Both the position numbers and the translations under genes were made by a program. Under the pieces are notes generated by a model. The model was not told the DNA's origin. It did no database searches and worked only from the letters and a program-made list of their open reading frames with translations. Source: an uncultured Smithella sp. (GTDB lineage: Bacteria > Desulfobacterota > Syntrophia > Syntrophales > Smithellaceae). Taken from it: DNA of 64,000 nucleotides. Location of the stretch: NCBI GenBank assembly GCA_964443625.1, contig CAYUDM010000004.1:8143-72142 (forward strand). Direction: 5' to 3'. Numbering within the stretch: the first letter of the stretch is position 1; the number at the start of each line of letters is the position of its first letter. This document shows positions 16,834 to 25,430 of the stretch, piece by piece.

Positions 16834-18138
16834 ATGATCCGTCGCTTTACTATTTGTTTTTTTTCTGCACTTTTTTTTCTCTCACTTGTGTCTCCGACGC
16901 ATTCTCCTTCATCGGTTTCTCCCCGTGAAGAAAAGATCCCTGATTCCATCGTCTGGCTGGATTCGGGATACGTCATTGTCGTCGATAAACGGGAACAAAA
17001 GTTGTTGGTTTTTCAAAAAAGCGAACAGATCAACAAAATTTTCGAAGCGCCCTGCTCTACCGGTAAAAACTTGGGAGGAAAGCAAGTTGAGGGAGACGCA
17101 AAAACTCCGGAAGGTATTTATTTTATTACTAAAATAGCCATAAATCCCGGTCCGTCGGAAACTTACGGAACGGTCGCATTACCATTGGATTATCCGAATA
17201 TTTTAGATCAGAAATCCGGCCGCAACGGAACCAATATCTGGATTCATGGCACCACCAAGCCGCTGCTTCCTTTTCAATCAAATGGTTGTGTCGTCTTAAG
17301 AGATGCCGACATCCGACGCCTGGTTGATTATGTTCAACTTTACAAAACCCCTGTCATTATTTCCGAATCAATCAAGTGGGTGACACCTTCTCAGGATGCT
17401 TCCGGAAAAAAAGAATTGGATCGATTCCTTGCCGACTGGAATGCAGCCTTTAAGGAGGGAAGTCTGACCTCGCTAGACAAGCTCTATATTTCCGGGACGG
17501 AGATCAAAAATTCAAAAAGAGACACCCTTGTGCGCCAATTACGGGATCTCAAAGGCCCGTCTCGTCACTTCCTCCTTGCTCCCCGGGACATCACCATTCT
17601 CCGTCACGATAACAACGCCGTCATTCTTTTCGATCAAATCACTTCGATTTCGAAAGATAATTCTTTTCAGGGAACCTATCGGCGTTTGACGCTGGAACGT
17701 ATCAATAACCGCTGGTATGCCATGGACGCATTACCCGCCCTGAAGGTCATTGCACAACCATCGTCGCCGATTGTTTCGGCTGAAACTGATCATTTTGCGG
17801 TTGATGCAGAAGCAATCCGTAAACTGGTCCTGAAATGGGCCGCAAGCTGGGAATCCGGAGACATGAACACTTTCAAGTCATCTTACGCTTCCAATTTCCG
17901 TTCCAAGGGAATGAATCTCAATGCCTGGGTCCAAAATAAGGTCGACATCCGCAACCGCAGTCAAAATATCCGCGTCCGTGTTGACAATATAATTATCCAG
18001 CCGGGCCGCAATAACGCATCGGCCATTTTTACACAGCATTACAGTTCGTCGATTCTCAAAAGCAGCGGTAAAAAGAAACTGGCTCTCCGGAAGATCAATG
18101 GCGAGTGGAAGATCTACCGCGAGCGGATGATTCCCTGA
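16834..18138 (+). CDS. L,D-transpeptidase family protein (YkuD/YafK-like) with C-terminal NTF2/SnoaL-like repeats
   Basis: Signal peptide. KTPEGIYFI...NIWIHGTTKPLLPFQSNGCVVL carries the catalytic His and SxGC motifs. The C-terminal segments LADWNAAFKEG and VLKWAASWESGD...GEWKIYRE are typical of DUF4440/SnoaL-like folds. Confidence 0.8.
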   Translation: MIRRFTICFFSALFFLSLVSPTHSPSSVSPREEKIPDSIVWLDSGYVIVVDKREQKLLVFQKSEQINKIFEAPCSTGKNLGGKQVEGDAKTPEGIYFITKIAINPGPSETYGTVALPLDYPNILDQKSGRNGTNIWIHGTTKPLLPFQSNGCVVLRDADIRRLVDYVQLYKTPVIISESIKWVTPSQDASGKKELDRFLADWNAAFKEGSLTSLDKLYISGTEIKNSKRDTLVRQLRDLKGPSRHFLLAPRDITILRHDNNAVILFDQITSISKDNSFQGTYRRLTLERINNRWYAMDALPALKVIAQPSSPIVSAETDHFAVDAEAIRKLVLKWAASWESGDMNTFKSSYASNFRSKGMNLNAWVQNKVDIRNRSQNIRVRVDNIIIQPGRNNASAIFTQHYSSSILKSSGKKKLALRKINGEWKIYRERMIP

Positions 18139-18198
18139 TAGCAGGTATTATCTCTAGATGCGGAGCCTGCAGAAGCATCGGCTAAAAACCGACAGAAA

Positions 18199-19470
18199 TT
18201 ATTTTTTATTGGAAAGAGTGTTTTCCGTCTGGGCGATGATCTCGGATAAGTCATCGCTGTCGGTGATGACATAATGAGCATCGTCTGTGTCATGAAGCGA
18301 TACACCAACGAATTTTCCCGTTCCTTCCATTTTTCGCGGCGGCGTCTTTTCCTGAACCGTGGCCGGCGTCCATAGTGGCACATCTGAACAACCATCCGTA
18401 TCGAACAATGAGGAAACGGGAACATCATCGGCAACCACCTCCGCTGATGGCCTGAAATTTAGATACGGGTTGACCAGGTTCCGGTCTGTTTCGATGACCT
18501 CTTTGAGATAGCGTTCCTGCGTGAACATGCCTTCCGCTTTTCCCGTGTGCATGGCGTTTTCAATCTGATGGAGTTTCTTTTCCCGGATGATCCCTTTAAT
18601 CTGGCTTGTCCCCCGCATCACGGCAAGAAGCGGAATACGAAAACGGACGAGCTCAGAATAAACCAGTTTTTGTAAAATGACCCATGAAATTGTTGAGGCC
18701 AGCTGATAGCGGATATACTCTTCCGCATCGGGCGTAACTGAATTGATGATGCGGTACAGAGCGTCTTCCACGTTGGTCGCGTGAAGGGTCGCGATGACCA
18801 GGTGCCCGGACTCGGCCGCGTTGAGCGTTAACCGGATGGTTTCCGGCTCACGCAGCTCACCCACCATGATGATGTCCGGGTCCTCCCTCATGACGTCAAT
18901 CAGTCCGCGTTCGACGGAAGGCACATGGGTTCCGACTTCCCGCTGTTCAACAAACGATTTTAAAGATGGAATACGGTATTCAACGGGATCTTCCAGCGTG
19001 ATAATGTGCGCCGGACGTTTGGCATTGATTTCGGCAATCAGTGACGCGATGGTCGTCGTTTTCCCACAGCCGGTCGTTCCGCAGACAAGCACCAGACCCG
19101 ATTTCAGCGCGCTGATGGATTTTAACGATGGATGGAGATTCAGGTGCTCAATGGTCGGAATGGTCCCCGGCAGCAATCGCACGGCAATGCTCGCCCCGGA
19201 AACCGTGTTGAATATATTGATCCGAACGCGAATATTGCCGATGGAAAGAGCAAAATCCACGGACCAGCGTCGCTGCAGGACTTCTTTTTGGCGGAAATTG
19301 AGCATGTCGTGGCACAGTGCGTCAACATCACGATGCGTCCACCGCGCCTCGCTGCTGAAACTGATCTGACCGTCTTTGCGATAAACAACGGGTTGATTGC
19401 CGCACAGATGTAAATCGGAATATCCCTTGCGGGCGGAAGAAAGGATGAGATCGGCGAATCGTTTGAACAT
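18199..19470 (-). CDS. PilT-like retraction-type ATPase with a ~85-aa C-terminal extension
   Basis: Walker A variant GTTGCGKTT, IITLEDPVEY, DPDIIMVGELRE and GHLVIATLHAT. I chose the ATG (MFKRFADL) over the GTG at 19497. The tail after about aa 340 has no PilT counterpart. Confidence 0.85.
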   Translation of the reverse strand: MFKRFADLILSSARKGYSDLHLCGNQPVVYRKDGQISFSSEARWTHRDVDALCHDMLNFRQKEVLQRRWSVDFALSIGNIRVRINIFNTVSGASIAVRLLPGTIPTIEHLNLHPSLKSISALKSGLVLVCGTTGCGKTTTIASLIAEINAKRPAHIITLEDPVEYRIPSLKSFVEQREVGTHVPSVERGLIDVMREDPDIIMVGELREPETIRLTLNAAESGHLVIATLHATNVEDALYRIINSVTPDAEEYIRYQLASTISWVILQKLVYSELVRFRIPLLAVMRGTSQIKGIIREKKLHQIENAMHTGKAEGMFTQERYLKEVIETDRNLVNPYLNFRPSAEVVADDVPVSSLFDTDGCSDVPLWTPATVQEKTPPRKMEGTGKFVGVSLHDTDDAHYVITDSDDLSEIIAQTENTLSNKK

Positions 19471-19501
19471 GGGTTTGCTTTCCAAAAGAAATCGCACGAA
19501 T

Positions 19502-19535
19502 AAAAAAAGGAGTCTCCCCGAATCAGCAAACTCCT
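19502..19535 (-). terminator. Candidate rho-independent terminator after tRNA-Cys
   Basis: The minus strand reads AGGAGT, a 16-nt loop, ACTCCT, then TTTTTTT. The stem is short (6 bp), so confidence is moderate. Confidence 0.45.
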
Positions 19536-19544
19536 GGATGATAC

Positions 19545-19620
19545 TGGAGGCGGCATCCGGATTTGAACCGGAGAATAACGGTTTTGCAGACCGCTGCCTT
19601 AGCCACTTGGCTATGCCGCC
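19545..19620 (-). tRNA. tRNA-Cys (anticodon GCA), CCA encoded
   Basis: I folded the cloverleaf by hand. Acceptor stem GGCGGCA/TGCCGCC, anticodon loop CTGCAAA, T-loop GGTTCAAATCC, 3' TCCA. Confidence 0.95.
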
Positions 19621-19629
19621 ATAAAAAAA

Positions 19630-19704
19630 TGGAGCGGGCGAACGGATTTGAACCGTCGACGTCTACCTTGGCAAGGTAGCACTCTACCACTGAGTTACGC
19701 CCGC
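19630..19704 (-). tRNA. tRNA-Gly (anticodon GCC), CCA encoded
   Basis: Acceptor stem GCGGGCG/CGCCCGC, D-arm ACTCAGTGGTAGAGT, anticodon loop TTGCCAA, T-loop GGTTCAAATCC. Confidence 0.95.
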
Positions 19705-19719
19705 TCACTTGAGGGTGGC

Positions 19720-19748
19720 TAAATACAATACTTGTATTCGACTGTCAA
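19720..19748 (-). promoter_or_regulatory. Near-consensus sigma-70 promoter of the tRNA-Gly/tRNA-Cys unit
   Basis: The minus strand reads TTGACA-N17-TATTTA. The -10 element ends ~15 nt before the tRNA-Gly 5' end. An A/T-rich UP-like tract lies upstream. Confidence 0.55.
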
Positions 19749-19781
19749 TAAAAAAATCAAATGAACTCTTTTTTTACCGTT

Positions 19782-20339
19782 TTATTTTTCCACCCGTCGA
19801 AAAAATTTCATTGCGTAATCCAGGCCTGAATAAACGGTTAAAAACAGAGCAACATACAAAATGACTGTTCCGACAAAATGAGCATCAAGTCCTAAAAACG
19901 GATAATGGATCATGAGCGCGGTTACCGCAATAATTTGCGCAACCGTTTTTTGTTTTCCCAACATGCTGGCCTGAATATAAACCCCCTCCGAAGAGGCCAT
20001 ACTGCGCAAACCGTCGACAATCAAATCGCGCATGATGATAATGACGACAATCCACGCCTCGATGCGTCCCGAGGGAATCATCAATATCATGGCAGAATTG
20101 ACGATTAATTTATCAGCCAGAGGATCGAGAAATTTTCCCAGGTTGGTGATCAGATTGTACCGCCTCGCGATAAAACCGTCCACAAAGTCGGTCAAAGACG
20201 CCAAAACGAAAAGCGCCGCGAGAACCAGTGACCAAAACGGACCGGGATCGCGCAAAAGCACAAATAAAAAAGGCACGACGCTGATTCGCGCCAGCGTGAT
20301 CGTATTGGGCAAATTGAATATTTCTCGTAAACGGCTCAT
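19782..20339 (-). CDS. pgsA: CDP-diacylglycerol--glycerol-3-phosphate 3-phosphatidyltransferase
   Basis: CDP-alcohol phosphatidyltransferase motif DFVDGFIARRYNLITNLGKFLDPLADKL. 185 aa, multi-TM. Confidence 0.85.
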   Translation of the reverse strand: MSRLREIFNLPNTITLARISVVPFLFVLLRDPGPFWSLVLAALFVLASLTDFVDGFIARRYNLITNLGKFLDPLADKLIVNSAMILMIPSGRIEAWIVVIIIMRDLIVDGLRSMASSEGVYIQASMLGKQKTVAQIIAVTALMIHYPFLGLDAHFVGTVILYVALFLTVYSGLDYAMKFFRRVEK

Positions 20340-20375
20340 ATGGGGTCGACCCGGCGGTAATCCATCAAAGGAATT

Positions 20376-21023
20376 TCATTTTTTGGGCACTTTTTTCCAA
20401 TCATCCAGGAAGAGGGCCACCCCCTTGTCGGTCAATGGATGGGCCGCCAGTTGAGCAATCACCTTAAAAGGAATCGTTGCAATATCCGCGCCCATCATCG
20501 CCGCGTCCAAAACGTGCCGGGGGTGGCGAACACTGGCGACAATCACTTCGGTGTCGTATCCATAATTATCATAGATTTCAATAATTTGCTCGACCAGTTC
20601 CATGCCGTCGTGGGCAATGTCGTCAAGCCGTCCCACAAACGGACTGACGTAGGCCGCTCCGGCTTTTGCCGCCATCAGGGCCTGAAGCGGAGAGAAGACG
20701 AGCGTCTGGTTGACGGCAATTCCCGCATCGGCAAACATCTTTGTGGCTTTGAGTCCTTCCGTTGTCATCGGCACTTTGATCACGACATTGCCCCCCAGTT
20801 TCGAAAGCTTTTTGCCTTCCGAAAACATGCCTTTTGCCTCGAGGCTGATCACTTCGAGACTCACAGGCCCTTCAACAATCTCCAGAATTTCTTTGACGAC
20901 CGCGTCGAAGTTTTTTTTCTCTTTCGCGATTAAAGACGGATTGGTCGTGACGCCGTCGACCATTCCCAGCACCAGTCCTTCCTTGATTTCAGCGATATTC
21001 GCCGTATCGATAAAAAATTTCAT
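20376..21023 (-). CDS. tal: Transaldolase type 3B / fructose-6-phosphate aldolase family (215 aa)
   Basis: [15 protein letters not shown]...GVTTNPSL...IKVPMT...NQTLVFS...SPFVGRLDD. An AGGGAGG RBS precedes the internal ATG, so I did not use the longer ORF to 21152. Confidence 0.85.
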   Translation of the reverse strand: MKFFIDTANIAEIKEGLVLGMVDGVTTNPSLIAKEKKNFDAVVKEILEIVEGPVSLEVISLEAKGMFSEGKKLSKLGGNVVIKVPMTTEGLKATKMFADAGIAVNQTLVFSPLQALMAAKAGAAYVSPFVGRLDDIAHDGMELVEQIIEIYDNYGYDTEVIVASVRHPRHVLDAAMMGADIATIPFKVIAQLAAHPLTDKGVALFLDDWKKVPKK

Positions 21024-21037
21024 CTTGTTCCCTCCCT

Positions 21038-21301
21038 TTATTTTTTGCGTGCAAGATATTTTTCGCAACATTCCCGATTGCAGAAATAAGTAGTTTTGCC
21101 GTCGATCAGCCGTGTATAGGCCTGAGTTTGGGGAATATACACACCGCAGCATGGATCCTGAACGAGATCCTCGCCGCGCAAGCGGGCATCCTCCACATTT
21201 CTTCCCCGACCATCGACTGTGCGTCTATTGCCCAACATTTTAAACATCCGATAAACCGCATAAACCAGAATCAGAATCAACACTATTTTTATAATATTCA
21301 T
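21038..21301 (-). CDS. Small membrane-anchored Cys-rich (TRASH/YHS-like, PP0621-type) protein
   Basis: N-terminal TM helix [15 protein letters not shown]. The C-terminal segment [14 protein letters not shown]...[11 protein letters not shown] resembles a TRASH/YHS metal-binding motif. Confidence 0.5.
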   Translation of the reverse strand: MNIIKIVLILILVYAVYRMFKMLGNRRTVDGRGRNVEDARLRGEDLVQDPCCGVYIPQTQAYTRLIDGKTTYFCNRECCEKYLARKK

Positions 21302-21870
21302 AACGCCTCGTCGTTTAGTGAACTGTCTTTAAAAACCCTACTTGCGTCTTTAAGCCTGCTTTTGAGTCCCCGAATCGAGACGCCGAAGGCAGGATGAATG
21401 AAATAAGAGGCGATTTCATTCATCGCCTCCAAAATGAAACGCCTTTGATGCGCCCTCGGATGGGGGACAAGCAAATCCGGCTCTTCAATGACGTCCTGAC
21501 CATAAAACAGCAGATCGAGATCGATGATGCGCGGACCGCCCTTTTCACCGCGGCTTCTTCCCATTTCTCCTTCAATTTGAAGCAGTCTTTGCAAAAGATC
21601 TCGCGCGGGCAGAGTCGTTACAATCTCCGCGACGCCGTTAATAAACCACGGCTGATCTTTCAGTCTCCTGAGCTGTTGCGATGTCCGCGACGCGTCATCA
21701 TCCGTCACAACCGGCTCGGTTTTGTACCAGGATGAAATCCGCACAACACGAATCTGTTTTTCGGACGATAATATCTCCACGGCTTTGAGGCAATTCTTCT
21801 TCGGCTGCGCGAGATTCGACCCGATGCCGATGTAACAAACGATGCCCTGGAAAATTCCCGTTTCCTTCAC
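21298..21870 (-). CDS. folK: 2-amino-4-hydroxy-6-hydroxymethyldihydropteridine diphosphokinase
   Basis: YIGIGSNL...GPRIIDLDLLFYG...LLVPHPRAHQRRFILEAMNEI matches HPPK signatures. Confidence 0.85.
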   Translation of the reverse strand: MKETGIFQGIVCYIGIGSNLAQPKKNCLKAVEILSSEKQIRVVRISSWYKTEPVVTDDDASRTSQQLRRLKDQPWFINGVAEIVTTLPARDLLQRLLQIEGEMGRSRGEKGGPRIIDLDLLFYGQDVIEEPDLLVPHPRAHQRRFILEAMNEIASYFIHPAFGVSIRGLKSRLKDASRVFKDSSLNDEAL

Positions 21871-22673
21871 TCCCGGAGGCCCAGCACATCACGCATATCG
21901 TAAAGACCGTTTTTCTGGTGAACGATCCACTGTGCCGCGCGCAGAGCACCTTTGGCAAAATTGTCCCGACTGTGGGCGCGATGCGTGAATTCCAGCCTCT
22001 CCCCGATGCCGCCGAAAATGACCGTGTGGTCTCCGACGATATCTCCGGCTCGGATCGTTTGAATGCCGATTTCCGTTTTCGTGCGCTCCCCGATCACCCC
22101 CTGACGTAAATAGACGGCCTCTTTTTCGAGATCGCGACCCAACGCGTCGGCAATGACCTGCGCCATTTGCATGGCCGTCCCGCTGGGGGCGTCTTTCTTT
22201 AAATGGTGATGCGCTTCAATGACTTCAACATCATAATCCTCTTTCAAAATGGCCGCGCAATCCTCAAGGACTTTTAGCATGACATTGACGCCGACGCTCA
22301 TGTTCGGCGACAACACACATCGCGTCCGGATTGCCAAACGCTTGGCCTGCTTCATCTCTTCCGGCGTAAACCCGGTCGAACCGATGATGATTGCCCGATT
22401 CATGTCACTGGCGATCTTGAGGTAATTCAGGGACGCTTCGTGATTGGTAAAATCAATGACGACATCCGCCTGGTCGATGCAGTCCGCCAATTTGTCGCTC
22501 ACCAACGCGCCGGTTCGACCCAGGCCCAGCGAATGGCCGACGTCTCGTCCAATGATCGGGTGTCCGGGCGCCTCGATGGCGCCGACCACGTCGATGTCTT
22601 CCATGTCATTGATCATACTGATGATGCGGCCGCCCATTTTGCCTCCCGCACCGGTAACAATTGCCTTGATCAT
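21867..22673 (-). CDS. dapB: 4-hydroxy-tetrahydrodipicolinate reductase
   Basis: MIKAIVTGAGGKMG...IIGSTGF...EAHHHLKKDAPSGTA... Confidence 0.95.
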   Translation of the reverse strand: MIKAIVTGAGGKMGGRIISMINDMEDIDVVGAIEAPGHPIIGRDVGHSLGLGRTGALVSDKLADCIDQADVVIDFTNHEASLNYLKIASDMNRAIIIGSTGFTPEEMKQAKRLAIRTRCVLSPNMSVGVNVMLKVLEDCAAILKEDYDVEVIEAHHHLKKDAPSGTAMQMAQVIADALGRDLEKEAVYLRQGVIGERTKTEIGIQTIRAGDIVGDHTVIFGGIGERLEFTHRAHSRDNFAKGALRAAQWIVHQKNGLYDMRDVLGLRE

Positions 22674-22712
22674 CTTATCAACCCCTTTGGATCTTTTGAT
22701 CCTGCCGATAGT

Positions 22713-23585
22713 TTAGATCAGACCGTATTCAGTCATGACCTTTTTGAGCTTCTGATAATTTGCCTCCGCCATGGGACAAAGCGGCAAGCGATATTCATAT
22801 TGTATTTTGCCCATAAGCGCCAGGGCGGCCTTAACCGGTGTCGGATTAACCTCGACAAATAAAACGTCGAACAGCGCGCTCATTTTTTTGTGCAGCATCC
22901 GCGCGCGTGTCAAATTGTCGTCAGCAGCTGAATCCACCAGGGCGGCCATATCCGCCGGCACAATATTCGACGCCACGGAAATGACACCGCGGCCTCCTAT
23001 CGCCATCAGAGGCAGCGTAAAGCCGTCATCCCCGGAGAGGACCGCAAAGTCCGGAGGACACAGATCGATAATATCGTTCATCTGCTTGATCGACCCGGAC
23101 GCTTCCTTGACGCCGACGATATTGTCGATTCTGGAGAGTCTCGCGATCAGTTCCGGCGACATGTTAATCCCCGTCCGGCCGGGAATATTGTAGGGAAGAA
23201 TCGGTATCGGAACGTTTTGGGCAATCGTTTGAAAATGCTGATACAGCCCCTCCTGTGTCGGCTTGTTGTAATAGGGACAGGCAATCAGCGCTCCGTCGGC
23301 ACCTGCTTCATAGGCATGTCGAGTAAGCCGAAGAGCCTCCGCCGTCGAGTTCGAACCGGTTCCCGCGATGACGGGCACCCTTTTTCTTGCCGCCTCAATC
23401 GTGATTTCTATGACCCGGTCATGCTCGTCATGGCTGAGCGTCGGCGATTCGCCTGTCGTTCCGCAGGGCACAAGACCGTCGATGCCGTTTTCAATTTGAA
23501 ATTCGATCAGATCCCTCAGAGCGTTTTCATCCACTCGCCCGTCTTTAAAAGGCGTGACCAATGCTGTTATGGCTCCTCTGAACAT
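22713..23585 (-). CDS. dapA: 4-hydroxy-tetrahydrodipicolinate synthase
   Basis: GAITALVTPF...GLVPCGTTGESPTLSHDEH...GVKEASG... Confidence 0.95.
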   Translation of the reverse strand: MFRGAITALVTPFKDGRVDENALRDLIEFQIENGIDGLVPCGTTGESPTLSHDEHDRVIEITIEAARKRVPVIAGTGSNSTAEALRLTRHAYEAGADGALIACPYYNKPTQEGLYQHFQTIAQNVPIPILPYNIPGRTGINMSPELIARLSRIDNIVGVKEASGSIKQMNDIIDLCPPDFAVLSGDDGFTLPLMAIGGRGVISVASNIVPADMAALVDSAADDNLTRARMLHKKMSALFDVLFVEVNPTPVKAALALMGKIQYEYRLPLCPMAEANYQKLKKVMTEYGLI

Positions 23586-23607
23586 AAATTCTTGCCTCCG
23601 GCTTTTA

Positions 23608-24048
23608 TTATTTCATTTCAACGTCCAGCACCTGAGACATCCGGCAAATGCCTTCGTCCCGACAAAGACTCAGTCGATAGGAATACAGATGCCCTTTTTC
23701 CACATCGGAATCGGCGTATTTGTATTCCTGCGTCCGCCCGAAAGCTGGCGCGATGGACCACTCTCCGATACGTTCATAGGTTCGGGGACATTCACGACAG
23801 ACGGTTTCCGTCTTCCCCAACGCGCTTCTTTCAATCTCCACAAATCGGAGTGTCTCGTCTGTCTTCCCCGGTTTCCAGACCAGGATAATCGACTTATCCG
23901 CCACGACAGCTCTAAAGCCCGCGGGATTGTCATCAGTCGCCGGTAAGGGCATACGGGGCACGGGATTGGCCTTGAGTCCACACCCGAAAATGAAACAGGC
24001 CAAGGCCAGAGAGAATATAATACTAGCGGCGGCTGAGCGATTTTTCAA
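23608..24048 (-). CDS. Probable lipoprotein with an LptM-like N-terminus and a Cys-containing C-terminal domain
   Basis: Signal peptide plus FIFGCGLKANPVP, compared with E. coli LptM TGCGLKGPLYFP. Its 5' end overlaps the argH 3' end by 26 nt. Confidence 0.55.
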   Translation of the reverse strand: MKNRSAAASIIFSLALACFIFGCGLKANPVPRMPLPATDDNPAGFRAVVADKSIILVWKPGKTDETLRFVEIERSALGKTETVCRECPRTYERIGEWSIAPAFGRTQEYKYADSDVEKGHLYSYRLSLCRDEGICRMSQVLDVEMK

Positions 24049-25420
24049 TTTTCCGAATCCTTTCTTTCACGGATCTGGCTGCCGTGCCCCCGGTATGGCT
24101 GCGGGCATTGACGCAACGATCCAGACGAATTCTTTCCACTACGTCGGGCTGAAATCCGTTATGAAAAGTTTTAAACTGCCGTGGCGTCAAATCCTCCAGC
24201 GTCTTTCCATTCTTAATGCAATACCCCACAATGCCGCCGACGATTTCATGCGCCCGCCGAAACGGCACGCCTTTCTCCACGAGATACTCGGCCAGATCCG
24301 TGGCGGTGGAAAATCCGCCCCGCGCCGCCGCCTGCATCTTTTCCGCGTTGAATGTCGTATGGGCAAGCATTTCGGTAAATACCGCAAGAGATGTCCGCAG
24401 GGTCTCGGCCGCGTCAAAGAGAGGCTCCTTGTCTTCCTGCAAATCACGGTTATACGTCATGGGCAAGCCCTTGAGCAACGTCAGAACGGCCATAAGATCG
24501 CCGTAAACCCTGGCGGTCTTTCCTCGAATCAGCTCCGCGATGTCCGGATTTTTTTTCTGCGGCATAATGCTGCTGCCCGTCGTATAGGCATCGGATATGA
24601 CGGCATATCCGAACTCATCGGACGACCATAAAATCAAATCTTCGCAAAAACGGCTCAGATGGGCTGCGCAAAGAGCTGCGTCGAAAATGAACTCCGCGAT
24701 ATAGTCCCGGTCGGCCACGGTATCCATGCTGTTTTGCGTCACGGCGGGAAAATTCAGCAACTGCGCTGTTTTTTCCCTGTCTATGGGCAGTCCCGTGCCT
24801 GCCAGCGCCGCGGCGCCCAGCGGGAGAACGTTGATTCGTTTCCGGCAGTCGGCGAAACGCTCCCGATCCCGCAAAAACATTTCGACAAAAGCCAAAAAGT
24901 AGTGCGACAAAATGACGGGCTGCGCCTTTTGCAAATGCGTGTAGCCCGGCATGATGGTCGATATTTCCCTCTTGGCCATATCCAGCAATTGCCGGAGGAG
25001 CGATTCAATGGCCGCATCAAGACGGTCGATCTCGTCTCGCAAATACAGCCTGACATCCAGCGCGATTTGGTCGTTGCGGCTTCTGGCGGTGTGCAGCTTG
25101 CCCCCTGCCTCTCCAACGCGTCGGATCAGTTCCTTCTCGATGGCCATGTGAATGTCTTCGTCGGACGGATCGAAAATAAACGCGCCTTTTCGAATATCCG
25201 CGAGAATCTCTTTCAAGCCGCGGATAATCGCCTGCGCGTCACGGCGGGAAATAATCTTCTGATCGGCAAGCATGGTCGCGTGCGCGATCGAGCCCTCTAT
25301 ATCATATCGATACAGTCGCGAATCATAATGGAGCGAACAGGTGAAGGCCTCCACGCTGCCAGCCGTGGCCTGCGTGAAACGTCCCGCCCAGGGTTTTTTC
25401 GTTTTCGTCATGGTCGACAT
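24023..25420 (-). CDS. argH: Argininosuccinate lyase
   Basis: WAGRF...SLHYD...GSSIMPQKKNPD fumarate-lyase signature. 465 aa. Confidence 0.95.
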   Translation of the reverse strand: MSTMTKTKKPWAGRFTQATAGSVEAFTCSLHYDSRLYRYDIEGSIAHATMLADQKIISRRDAQAIIRGLKEILADIRKGAFIFDPSDEDIHMAIEKELIRRVGEAGGKLHTARSRNDQIALDVRLYLRDEIDRLDAAIESLLRQLLDMAKREISTIMPGYTHLQKAQPVILSHYFLAFVEMFLRDRERFADCRKRINVLPLGAAALAGTGLPIDREKTAQLLNFPAVTQNSMDTVADRDYIAEFIFDAALCAAHLSRFCEDLILWSSDEFGYAVISDAYTTGSSIMPQKKNPDIAELIRGKTARVYGDLMAVLTLLKGLPMTYNRDLQEDKEPLFDAAETLRTSLAVFTEMLAHTTFNAEKMQAAARGGFSTATDLAEYLVEKGVPFRRAHEIVGGIVGYCIKNGKTLEDLTPRQFKTFHNGFQPDVVERIRLDRCVNARSHTGGTAARSVKERIRKIEKSLSRR

Positions 25421-25430
25421 CTCCGCCGGA

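Noticed and set aside
1-19704. The pilus locus as a tRNA-flanked genomic island, since tRNA-Cys and tRNA-Gly lie at its right edge.
   Set aside because: I could find no integrase, transposase or direct repeat of a tRNA 3' end in the window. Most pilus genes have the same high GC as the core genes. Only the GT-C gene looks compositionally distinct.
19523-19708. A 61-aa ORF and other small ORFs overlap the tRNA genes.
   Set aside because: The region folds into two canonical tRNAs, so the ORFs are artefacts.
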